DNA of 64,000 bases from Cirrosporium novae-zelandiae (taxonomy: Eukaryota). The DNA is taken from the NCBI GenBank assembly GCA_026023565.1, contig JAPETS010000018.1:310001-374000 (forward strand), in the 5' to 3' direction. The position numbers and the translations under genes were made by a program. Below, in pieces: positions 25,312-36,594 of the stretch. Position 1 is the stretch's first letter. Every line of letters begins with the position of its first letter. Under the pieces are notes generated by a model that saw only the letters and a list, made by a program, of their open reading frames with translations, was not told the DNA's origin and did no database searches.

Positions 25312-26337
25312 CTAGAGAAATAGAATACCAGGTCAACAACCTCAACAGGCGGGTCGGCAGCGTAGGGAGTTGGCTAGTGCTTCTAATAGTGTTGGAAGTG
25401 CGAGTCAGGAGAACGGGAGTCGTCGGCTTCTTGTTCGTTTTAATGGTGTTGTCCGGACTGGGGCTTGTGTTCATCCTAGTGGGCGTAGGCTTGAGTTTGT
25501 GAAGGAGTTGATGTGAGCTTTCTTCTCTTTTCCACTGTTCTCTTCTCCTTCTCCTTCCTTTAGACTAGGTTCAGTCAACTAGCGTTATTCGTTCATTCAT
25601 TCATTTACAATTTCCCATTTCTACACTCCGCCCTCAAACTAACTTATCCCAAGACCCACTCCAACAACGGCACCAAGACCCGCTCCCTCCAACAAGAAAT
25701 AGACACAGCCAAGAAACAACAGGAAGAAGTCGCCGCCAACATCAAAAAGAGACGTGAAGAGTCGGATTGCCAGAAGAAGATCATGTAAGTAAGGAAGTAA
25801 ATTTTTCTTCTTCTCTTCTCTTCTTTTATTCTATATTAAAAGCAACAAGGGGGTAAAGAAGGACAGATAGCTAACAGAAGAGTCTAGTGAACGGGACCTT
25901 GCTAAGTGTGGGCTAAAGGCTCCTTGGGCTGCGGATACAGATGCGGCTGAGATGCGTTTGGAGGACTGTTTGTACGGATAGGTATGAATGGACATGGATG
26001 GAACGAACAAAGGTTAGGGGAAGTGCATCGGTATGTGTATATGGTATGCAAGGGGGATGTGTTTTCACCACAGACATGATGATAGTGATGATAAAAAAAA
26101 CTGGCCTGTATCCAAATAGGATGTTATTCACAAACATAAAATATATGATTTGTTCAAGGGAGATCCTACACCCAGCATGCGGAATCCTGGGAGGAAGGAA
26201 AATGCGATGTAGCTCTTCAAAATAACTGCAAGACAGTAAGTGTATTCAAATGGTTTCAAATAGCATAGGCAAAAGCGAAAACAAATTTCTTTTTCTAAAG
26301 TCTCAAGAAGCAAGGCTATTTTTTTTAGTCTCCTCTC

Positions 26338-26494
26338 TGATGTGCTCAGTACGGAAGATATAAAATGGTTTATTAAGTCTAGCTCAGCATTCCTATACCT
26401 AGATATAAGCAGTTCTAGTCGCTTAACCTTAACCAGGTGTTGCGCTTAAGCGCAACCGCTTATAGTACCCGTAACCCTTACTATATCCGTAACA
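26338..26494 (-). mobile_element. Solo LTR (157 bp) with 5-bp target-site duplication CTCTC
   Basis: TG..CA termini (minus strand TGTTACGG...CATCA). CTCTC lies at both 26333-26337 and 26495-26499. A TATA-like stretch and AATAAA occur on the minus strand. Confidence 0.8.
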
Positions 26495-26689
26495 CTCTCC
26501 TAAGAACAATAAAGTAAACCGTTAAATGGTTAATTAGGATGGACGGATTTATGTTCCGGAACTCATTGAATTCATAAACTTAGGATATAAGCTATGACGA
26601 CCGTGGTGATGATGACGATGACGATGACGATAATAATGATAATCCCCTTCTTCGTCCTCTTCTCCCCACCGATCACAAACCCCAACCCT

Positions 26690-27922
26690 TCAAAAACCAC
26701 ACCCCAAATATCCCCTCCAAGTCTCAAACCCAACCTTCTCATAATACCCCCTCATAGTAACCCAATCCACAAACACCATTTCCACACCCCTCCTCTTCAT
26801 ATCCTCCAACGTGCGCACCAGCATCGCCAACCCGATTCCCTTATTCCGGTACCCCTCGTCTACACCTACGCAGGCTACAACGCCCGTTTTCGGGCCGACG
26901 ACGGGGGTGAATGCAAAGTCTTGAAGGATGGGGCTGTCGCATGAGGTCATTAGGGTCCAGCCGACTTGCTGGCCGGTAGGGGTGAAACAGGTCATGATTT
27001 CGAAGTCGCGGTGCATGTGGTGGAGATCTTCGTATTTTGAGACCCAGCCCTGGGGGGTTAGTGGTTTGCTTGCATGATGGGGAGATGGGGGGGGTTGTTC
27101 GTAGTTTTGGGGAATGGGAGTTTGGGAGGGAAGTCCTGTACATACAGTATAACTCGAAAAGTTCTTTCTCTGACCAACTAGGCATTCGGAAAATTGGCTG
27201 GGGTGGAGTGGGTGAAATGTATACCCCTCCTTCTCAGCACGAGCTACGAGTTCGACAGGAGCTTTGTAATTGGTAATATCCTGGTACAAATCGATACAAT
27301 CGTTCTCAGGCTCCATAGTTCCTTCGGAGGAAAAAAAAAAATTAGCCTTGATAAACACTGTTCAAACCTTTCTGGTAGACTAGAGGAAAGAATTTTTCAA
27401 AATGTTGCTACCTTCGTTTTCAAAGAACTCGAGGGCATTCTTGGACAAGTCCTTGGGAACACCAGGCCAAAAGCGGGGGAACACGCTTCCTACAGGCAGC
27501 TTCTCGATTCCATACTTCTTGTAGAGCATATGCTGAGCCCACTCGACCATCGCGGACCCGAGTCCCTTTCGCTGGTGAACCGGATCAACCATGATGACTG
27601 AGATATAACCATTCCTCGTCTCACCATCATCACCACCCCCGCCGTACATATATGTCGCAATAAATCCAATAATAGGCCACTCTCGCCAGTCACTAGGATC
27701 CGTAACTAACAAAGCAGCAAAATGACGCCCATGATCACGCGTAAGAAGATCGGTCAGCCTCTCCTTTGTGATTGGATATGTCGCCGAAAGTGTCTTCTCC
27801 CAAAGCTCATACACGCCAGTCATTGCAAACTCGGCGCTGAAATCTACCATGCCGATACCTAAATTGTGTTGGGGAATCTCAATAGTATAGGAATCGAAAT
27901 TGAGCCGGCGTCTGGATGCCAT
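26690..27922 (-). CDS. Tandem GNAT acetyltransferase (resembles the C-terminal region of Ngs1/GH3-GNAT proteins), 2 exons
   Basis: Two acetyl-CoA motif-A regions: IMVDPVHQRKGLGS and VGVDEGYRNKGIGLAM..VFVDWV...YYEKVGF. Also GSVFPRFWPGVP. Intron about 27411-27322. Confidence 0.82.
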
Positions 27923-28598
27923 GATTTTTGACCGGCTTGATGACAGCTTATCGGAGTTATTTTTGCCAAAAAAGAAAAAAATGTGCAGTAGCAAAAGGTA
28001 AAAAATATCATAGAAATTACGAAGCGACAGAAACACAGCTCCGTGATATTTAAATGTCAAAACATTAGAAATTGCAAAACCAATCATGTAGTATGTGTTA
28101 CTTTATGGTTAATAATAACAAGAGGAAGAAGAAGAACAATCGAAATTAAGGTCAATCAAGCGCCTCGCTCGCTATCAGCTATCTCTCTCATTTTTCCTCC
28201 CGTCTCCGCCCCCAACGTTGTGGGAGGATGCACGGTAGTTAAATCCATCAGATATTAAAGCAAATGACAGGGGTTTGGATCATGAAATTTTCCAAAGTTT
28301 ATTTTCTTTTACAAATTTGGTTCAAGTAATTAATTAGAATGTTCGTTGGAGATTGAAGATTGAAGAGTTGGGAGGTTGGTCTTCTTATCAGGAAACTTCC
28401 GGTTGCTCCGGTGATGGTCTGCTTAGCTAAGACTATGTTGTTTTTCAAATCAATTGTCATCATTGCTAGGGACTAGACTAGGGACCCAAGCTACCTCTTT
28501 TCTGACAGCCCAGAAGGGCCATGGAAACCTGACCCTTTCACATAGACATATCCACATCATCATCAAAGCACCCACCCATCAACCAACGAAGCCTCTCT

Positions 28599-30048
28599 CT
28601 AGGTGGAGTAAGTTGAATCAATATCTCCGTACTTGATGTTTGAATAAGTAACACTGGAGTCCGGATAATTGGCTTCCACATCAGACGGAGACCCGGAAGA
28701 GGTCGAGCATTCACCCCTCTTGACACCGGGATCGCTGCTATCGGCGGTAGTAGGATATGAACTATCCAGCCAGAGCATATTCGCAGCGTGATCATCCCAC
28801 AGACTAAGTGCCAACACCATACCGTTCTCGAGAGCCGTGGAGATGGAGCTGAAGCCACCCTTGGAGGTGAAAGAATCGGTGTCGCCGAATGCGGTCTTCT
28901 GTGCCGTGCAGAACTCAGGGGTGATACTGTTATAATCATCCATGCCTGAGATATCGGTTTTGCTGTTCTGAATCACAACACCATCCTGAACGTACAGGCG
29001 GCGGATCTCGGAGAGCGTGCCGCTCGAGGTCCCGTCGTCGGTGATGAATTGTGTTACCACGGTGAATTTGCTCGTAGTGTCGACAATCTTGTCTTCTCCG
29101 TAGAAGGATGTGTTGCCCATACGGTATGAGTTGAAGTCGCAGCCGTCTTTGTCACAGATGCCGTCGTAACGCTCGTCGGATGAGTCATCGCCGCAGTCGG
29201 TGCCTGAGCACCGAGTTTGTTGTTGAATGCTGCAGGAATGGGGTGTGTAGGCTGCTGACATCTTATTGGCTTCCCAGATATCCAATTCGGGGCAGCAGGT
29301 CCCGTAGTATCCTGTTCCCGAGTTGGAATCGGAGGTTGACGCTGTCCAATTCAAGGTGTTGGCCTAGATGGAAATTAGTAAAATATAAAATAAGAAAATA
29401 GGTTTAAGGAATAGATATAGGATTGAGAGGGCTTACTTCGCCATTGATAAATTTAATGTCATGAGGACATTGAGTATCACAATACCCTGTTCCGTATTTG
29501 GCGCCGGCCTTGTTGTTTGTGAACCTAGAAGTTCCACCGTCCTCGTCCATCTCGATCATGTACAAGGCTCCATTAAGCCCGCATGGCAGGTTAGATACAT
29601 CCACGTCAAAGCTAAATTCCTGGTTCTTGAGTTGGAATAACTTATATGTGCTCTCATCAGACAGTAAGTAGAGACGGGAGCCAATGTTGGTCGTGGACGA
29701 TTTTGTAACAAATTTCAGCGTTAGGGCAGTGCCCGTACTGGTGATACCATAGGTTGAGCTGTAACTAGCGCCGTCGAGGGCACAGTTCTCTGCGCAGGTT
29801 ACCGGGTCGGGGCAAAGATCATCGTTCCATGTGTTTCCGGTGTAGCAGTTTGTATAGCCTGAAGTTGAGTGTAGCCAGCGCCAGTTAGCGTCGATGACAA
29901 CAGACCCAGAAACGGTCGAGCAACCACCGCTGGTGGTGCATTTCTGAATGTTGAGAGTAGGATGGGTTTCGGTGGTATAGGTGCCAACCTGCTGGGCTCG
30001 AGCCTTCGCTAGGAGGCCGAGAGAGGCGAGGGCAATTGCAAAATGCAT
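28599..30048 (-). CDS. cbh1: GH7 cellobiohydrolase (catalytic domain only, no CBM1), 2 exons
   Basis: Signal peptide followed by QQVGT, then [29 protein letters not shown] and catalytic ELDIWE. Also [19 protein letters not shown]. Intron 29436-29364. Confidence 0.96.
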
Positions 30049-31362
30049 AGTGGAAATCAGAGATAAAAGACTGCCTGTTTAACTGATGTGGAGTGAAGAA
30101 GAAATCATAAAAGGGACATAAGTTTGATATATATACTCTTTCATAGTAGCTATATCATCACACAAAAGGTAAAGTATTGTTAATCTACACCTTCCTTTCG
30201 GCTACCCGGCCAGCATATCCGAATTGAATATCAAGAGGTAACATGATATTTGCACTCGATCTAATCAACATATTATGAAAGCGTGGTCGTGAAACAAATA
30301 TGGATTTGTTCCATGAATGACGATGGCAAGAGGTTTTCTGAGAGCAACCCTATTTCTCTTTTGGGCACGGAAATAGAGAAATGCCAAGGGACATATATTA
30401 GAAGTTGTCTCCATAAGAACAAGTTATAAGAAATTTTAAAATTAAAACGGTTATGCATAGGCACCCCTGCTCGGGAGCTTGTCGATCGTTCCGTGCCAAA
30501 AGAGGATCATCCGAGGGCGTTTCGCGGGGTAGTATCCTAGTGTCACTCACAAACCACCCAGAGGTAGTACCTGACTAGAAATCAAGGATAGATGTGGGAG
30601 GTCTTATAGCCATGAGTGATTTGATGAACAATTGGATATGAAGCCGTGAAGAAAATGTTGAGTCGGCGGGCCGCCGGGCCGTGTATTTAGATTTGATATA
30701 CGATAGTACCACTCGTATTCATGTAGGTGTTTATTGATGAGTGACTTGTTAGAAAAAGTGGGAGAATCAAGAGACAAATGTGAACCTAGAGAGGCGGAGA
30801 AATTCAAGAGAAGAATGAAGCCAAGAAACACGGAAGGGGTCGGGAAACTCCAAAGATTTCCAAGCACGTTGTTATTGAACATTCGATGATTAAAATTTTA
30901 TTAATAGTCTTAACAGGGCAATCGCTCACTCCAAGGGATGAATTGTTTGAAGAGTCCATCTGATGGATAGAAGGTGATTACTTGGTAGATGAGTTATAAT
31001 GTTGGAGGGTTAGAATGTTTTTTAGTCGGTCAAAGATTACCGTATTAGATTACGGTACAGTATTGGGCTAATAATTCTTTAGCCATCGACAAAACTTGTT
31101 TGGGGTTTGTTCCGGAACAAATATAATATCGACTATAAATCAACCATGTTCATTTCCTAGACTAGTTCGCTGTAAAAAAATCCAAGGCAGAATAACCAGT
31201 TGATTAGGCACGCTCTTGGAGATTCAAGCATACTTGATCATTTTCGCCGAAACCCATCACAAGAACGGCACTAAGACCGAAATATGTAACGCTTGGGTGA
31301 CAGATTTGAGTGACCGACTATCCAGGCTTTAAAGAAAGACCCCGAAATAGAATTAAGCTAAT

Positions 31363-33789
31363 CTAGGTAGGGCATAGTGTGTAATCCAAAATTGACAGGG
31401 TCAAAATATCAGAATTGGTATTAGTAGCGGCTGAACTAACCGTCTCGAAATCGAAAAGTCCATAGCTTACTATTGGATTATATCGGGTGGGGACAGAGAA
31501 ATAGGTTCCCCATGTAGTTGTGAATGAGCAAGTAAGGGAACTACCCGAAATGCTGCATATTAGTGGATAATTTACGGTGGGCGCGTTGCTGATGGTGGTA
31601 GCTAGTTGCTGTCGAACAACTTGATTTTGGTTGGTAGTAGAGAGTGGTGCAACTGATACGATCATGCCAGTAGTAATTACCAGCCACCCTGAACCATTGA
31701 GAGAAAACAGGGCGGTTGTGGCGGCTATGGTTGCGGTGAGGGGTTGCCAGATAAGGTTGGTACTAGAGGTGGTAATATGAGAAAGATACCAATCCGAACT
31801 GCCATCATTGCCAACAATGCAGAAAGTGGTTGGCGTAGATGCCGAGGATGATGTGGAAGAGGTCGTCGAACTCGTGCTTGTTGTTGATACAGTAGTCGAG
31901 GAAGCTTCAGACGTAGATGTAATGGTTGAAGACGTTGTAGTCGCATCATCAGTAGATGTCAAAGAAGCTTCAGTTGTAGACGTAGAAGTTGAAGATGTCG
32001 TAGAAACCTCGGTTACAGATGTCGTAGAAGTATCGACTGTAGAAGTTGTAGAAGTTGTAAAAGCCTCGGTTGTGGACTCGGTCGGAGATGTTTCAGACGT
32101 GGATATAGTAGTTGAAGAGTCCGTTGTAGAAATCCCGACTGTAGACGTCGTTGATGTCTCACTTGTAGATTGAATAATGGAGGAATCCGTCAAAGAGGTC
32201 TCTGTAGAAGTTTCAGTTGTGGATGCAGCAGTTGAAGAATCCGTCGAGAAAACCTCAGACGTAGATGTAATAGTTGAGGAATCCGTTGAAGATGTAGTAA
32301 CGGAAGACGTCGAAGATGTTTCAGAGGTGGATGTACTACTTGAAAAATCTATTGCAGAACCTTCCGATATAGATATAACAGTTGAATAATCTATTATAGA
32401 TGTCGTAGAAGTCTCTGTTGTAGTAATTTCATCGGAAATGGATGTAGTAGTCGAAAAATCCGTCAATGAAGCTCCAGATGTGGATGTAACACTTGAAGAA
32501 TCCGTTGTAGAAGTCTCTGCTGTAGACAGGGCACTTGAGAAATCTGCTGTAGAAGTTTCAGGCGTGGATGTTGCTGAAAATGTTGAGTCTAACGCTGCAG
32601 GGGGTATTATAGTAGTTGTCAAAGTGTCGGTAGATGCGCCGCTAGAAACGATAGTACTATCTGCAAAAGAGCTGGTAGAAGCAAGAAGACTGTCTGTAGA
32701 TACACCGCTAGAAGCGCTGGTGGAAGCGGATATCATGGAAGTCGAGGAAAAAGAAACATCTCCTGATGAGGTGGAGAATGTGGATGTGCTGCTGACAATA
32801 GAAATGTCCATAGAAGTGCTCGACAAGGAGACACTCGAAGAGGGCGTGCTCGACGAAAAGCCTAAGGTGGTGCTTGAGGTAGTGCTTGACGGAGGTGTAT
32901 TTGATGCAGTTGCTGATAGCAACGATGATGTAGGTGCCGCGTTCGTCGTTGAGCTGCTGCTGCTGGGAACTCCACTGCAGTACCCGAACCCAACCTGGCA
33001 ACCCCCTTGGTATCTACAATAACCATCATCTGAGCCACATTTGTTATTCCAACCACAACACCTTCCAAATAGCGACCCGTTACATGTATATCCTGATACC
33101 GGACCGCAGTCACCGTTTGGAGACACTTTCAACGTAGAGGTCGCAGATGATAAAGTTGAGGTACTAATGGTAGTTGAAGCTAGCTTAGTAGTTGAGGTCG
33201 ATTTCTTAGATGCGACCGGCTTAGCAGCCGAGGCTGGTTTAGTGGTTGAGGCTGGTTTCTTAGTAGAGGTTGGTTTCTTGGTTGAAGTTGGCTTTTTGGT
33301 TGTAGTCGGTTTTTTGGTTGAAGTTGGTTTTTTGGTCGAGGTTGGCTTCTTAGATGAGGTAGTAGTTGAAGATACTCCATAACAGCTACCAAATCCAACC
33401 TGACACCCACTCTTGCAGTAACCGTCGTCAGATCCACATTTTAAATTCTGGCCACAGCAGGTGCCGAAATTGGAGCCAGAACAGGTATAACCACTATTGC
33501 CTCCACAGTTTCCATCAGGAGATATCTTCAAGGATTCCGTTGACGTTTTCGCAGAAGAGGTACCACTACAAGTCCCAAAGGTGCTTTGACATCCGACCTT
33601 GCAATAGCCATCATCGGAACCGCATTTATTATTAGGGCCACAGCAAATACCGAAGTTTGAACCGGAACAAGTATATCCGGAAGAACTTCCACAGTCACCA
33701 TTAGGTGAAGTTGTCAAAGTACTAAGAGGTACCGCAAATACGGAAGAAAAGGACAGCACCAAGATCGATAGTCGTATAAACAACGACAT
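31363..33789 (-). CDS. Secreted protein with three hevein/CBM18-like Cys domains, KKPTST repeats, a Ser/Thr stalk and a C-terminal domain
   Basis: Signal peptide MSLFIRLSILVLSFSSVFA. Three SP.G.CG...GYTC.GS.FG.CC.....CG....YC..GCQ..FG.C units. No catalytic domain recognised. Confidence 0.85.
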   Translation of the reverse strand: MSLFIRLSILVLSFSSVFAVPLSTLTTSPNGDCGSSSGYTCSGSNFGICCGPNNKCGSDDGYCKVGCQSTFGTCSGTSSAKTSTESLKISPDGNCGGNSGYTCSGSNFGTCCGQNLKCGSDDGYCKSGCQVGFGSCYGVSSTTTSSKKPTSTKKPTSTKKPTTTKKPTSTKKPTSTKKPASTTKPASAAKPVASKKSTSTTKLASTTISTSTLSSATSTLKVSPNGDCGPVSGYTCNGSLFGRCCGWNNKCGSDDGYCRYQGGCQVGFGYCSGVPSSSSSTTNAAPTSSLLSATASNTPPSSTTSSTTLGFSSSTPSSSVSLSSTSMDISIVSSTSTFSTSSGDVSFSSTSMISASTSASSGVSTDSLLASTSSFADSTIVSSGASTDTLTTTIIPPAALDSTFSATSTPETSTADFSSALSTAETSTTDSSSVTSTSGASLTDFSTTTSISDEITTTETSTTSIIDYSTVISISEGSAIDFSSSTSTSETSSTSSVTTSSTDSSTITSTSEVFSTDSSTAASTTETSTETSLTDSSIIQSTSETSTTSTVGISTTDSSTTISTSETSPTESTTEAFTTSTTSTVDTSTTSVTEVSTTSSTSTSTTEASLTSTDDATTTSSTITSTSEASSTTVSTTSTSSTTSSTSSSASTPTTFCIVGNDGSSDWYLSHITTSSTNLIWQPLTATIAATTALFSLNGSGWLVITTGMIVSVAPLSTTNQNQVVRQQLATTISNAPTVNYPLICSISGSSLTCSFTTTWGTYFSVPTRYNPIVSYGLFDFETVSSAATNTNSDILTLSILDYTLCPT

Positions 33790-35272
33790 TGTAAACGAGT
33801 GTTGAAGAGGCTGATAAATCAATACACATTAAATAATTTGAATGAATGGACGAGCAATTGTTCTGCGGCTTTAGCTCAAGAGAAAATGGTAAAATTGAAA
33901 AGAAAGCAGACGACAAGATGAAATAAAGTACTCTGAAATCTCCTGCATCTCTAATACCCCTAACTGCATTGAAGATGTAGCTAGATGTACGAATAATAGC
34001 GTCAATCCTTAGTATCTCGGAGAAGCCGTATTGCTGTGGACAGAAAATAGCCATTAGGACCTCGGTTTTGATAAAGACTGGGATGGTGATTTTTGAACTG
34101 AGCGGGCCCATCACTGGGGAGTTTGCCAAGATAATTTATGGAGCGCTGTACTGCCCAAAGAGAAAAAAGAATGCTATGCAGTGGTCCTGAGAGTCACAGT
34201 TAGGCTTGAATTTAGAGTTATAAATACTAGATTTGTCGGTTAAGAGAATACGTAGATTAAGTTATCATAATCCAAATTCGGATTAGGTAGCTCGGTCACG
34301 TTCCCTGACTGGGGTTCAATTCCCGTGGTTAACCCGTTTCTGAGCTTTGTAGGTACTCTGTAACCTACTATGGAAGTCAGCAATTGGTTGAATAGGACCT
34401 AATGAACTGATCTTTTCACAATATAGTTAATCTAGAACCAACGCACATCCTGATAGAGAAAATGGGGGCTATCTGGCGAAGGATCAAGAAGAGTGAATCT
34501 TAGATGAGACGGGAAAGGCGAGAAGTCAGGTGATATCTCCATAGTGGTCAGACCAATGAAATTGTCATAATAGTGCTAATATAATATTATGTTCCACAAA
34601 TTTCAGACAAGAAAATGACAATGTAATTCTAGACAATAGAAAATAAAAAAAAAAACTGCTTTATCTCTTCATATGCAGAATAGCCAAGATGTATATATGA
34701 TCCTTCATGGGATTCAATTGGGCCGTCGAAATTTTCATAGACGAGAAGCACTCGTCGTCAGGCCAAGGACTGTGGCGTCGCAATTCCATCTTCAAACGAA
34801 CCACAATCAAATTGATTCTCTTCCGATGAACACCATGACTCATGGGTCCATGAATTGACAAGTGAGATGAAAATAATTGTTCGGACAGGAAGATAACTAC
34901 CTGGGTAGCTATGGAGTCAAAAAGTACCTTGGATTTTGTCTCATCCACCCCTGACAGAAGTAAACCTCCAAAATACTGTAAACTAACTAAAGTTGGAAAT
35001 CTCAACCTTTTTGATCAACTTAGTCCCTGGGTAAAAGTTTGATAGGCTCGGAGGTTCGGGGCTAATTAAACCCTGTATAATATTGCCAACATATTGTGGA
35101 TACAAATAGATTTTATCAATGAAGAACCCAGTGCCCAAAGGTGATTGTAAAGGCTTACGAACACGGTGGTCAAGGGGACCAATCTAGTGATGAACTTTTT
35201 TGAAGGTAAAGGCTTTGCTCCATCTACGCGAACTTTGGATCCCAAGAGCTCCTAATTAATCACCTCTTCATC

Positions 35273-36594
35273 ATGGAAAAAGTCGCCAACCCTTATCTGA
35301 CGCGAGCCGATACCATTGTCCTGGCAAATCTGTTACAAGATATTGAAGAAGCTGGGCATCCCGCCAGCCCCGATGGAATAAGCTATGACGATCAAACTTC
35401 GATGAACCTCTTGGCTGGACTTGACAAAGAGCCTACCGTCTTCACAGGTTTGGATCAGGAGGGCTTAGGCAGATTTAAATCTCTCGGCAATATTTCCCTG
35501 CAGCCATATATCACATGGGCTCAAAGCGTTGTGCGACGACCAACTGATGTCGTCTTCCTGACCCATATCCTTCTTTACCTAGCTACGTCGATCCCAAGCG
35601 CCATCTTCCTTTTCTACAGATTCTCATGGACACATGGGGTGTGCCATTGGTTGATGCAGGCATACTACTCCGGGCCTTTCACTCTTATGCTGCACAACCA
35701 CATCCACGGGAATGGCGTATTAGACAAGAAATATGCCTGGTTCGACCAAAGCTTCCCGTACGTTCTGGGGCCTCTCATGGGTCATACATGGGATTCATAC
35801 TACTATCATCACGTCAAACACCACCATGTTGAGGGCAACGGCCCGGGTGACCTCTCCTCTACTATTCGATACCAGCGCGATGAGCTGATTGATTTTCTTG
35901 CATATGTTGGTCGATTTCTCGCATTCGTCTGGATAGAACTACCTCTGTATTTTGTCCGCAAGGGAAGGTTAGCATTTGCCATCAAATGCTTCGTTTGTGA
36001 GACTTCCTCATACCTTGCAATATACTTGCTGGCCACGCGCAATTTCCGCCCAACTTTATTTGTTTTCATGCTGCCATTGCTGCAGATGCGGATTGCGATG
36101 ATGATAGGAAATTGGGGTCAGCACGCTTTTGTAGATGAGGTTGAGCCGGATTCCGACTTTCGGTCGAGTATCACATTGATTGATGTATCAGTAAGCATTG
36201 CTCCTTGTGCTAATTGGGGAAGATGAAGCTGACATTTACTATTATTTTCCAGAGCAATCGATACTGTTTCAATGACGGGTATCATACATCCCATCACTTA
36301 AACCCACGTCGCCATTGGCGCCAACATCCTATAAATTTCATAAAGGCCAAAAGCCAGTATCAAAACGAACGGGCCCTCGTGTTTCGAAACATAGATTATC
36401 TAATGATAACCTTCAAACTGTTGCAAAAGGACTACGACCATCTTGCCAAATGTCTCGTCCCGATGGGCGACCAGATTAAAATGAACCATCAAGAATTGGC
36501 GGATATGCTGAGGACCAAAGCGAAGCAATTCAGCGAAGCCGATATCCAAAAGAAATTCCACAAAACTGAGAAAGAAAATGGCAATATGGAATAG
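35273..36594 (+). CDS. Membrane di-iron fatty-acid desaturase/hydroxylase-like protein, 2 exons
   Basis: His boxes HNHIH, YYYHHVKHHH and YHTSHH plus TM segments. Intron 36191-36252 (GTAAGC..CTGAC..CAG) joins LIDVS to SNRYCFNDGY. Confidence 0.85.

Noticed and set aside
30190..30540. Possible cellulase-regulator sites (CGG..CCG, GGCTAC, GCGGGG) upstream of GH7
   Set aside because: Short motifs expected by chance; the CGG-CCG spacing is 9 rather than the 8 usually cited.
31808..33382. Val/Glu/Asp-rich plus-strand ORFs
   Set aside because: Antisense mirror of the Ser/Thr stalk of the hevein-domain gene.
34286..34330. A-box/B-box-like motifs (TAGCTCGGT..GGTTCAATTCCC)
   Set aside because: Spacing is too short and no cloverleaf forms; at most a tRNA/SINE scrap.
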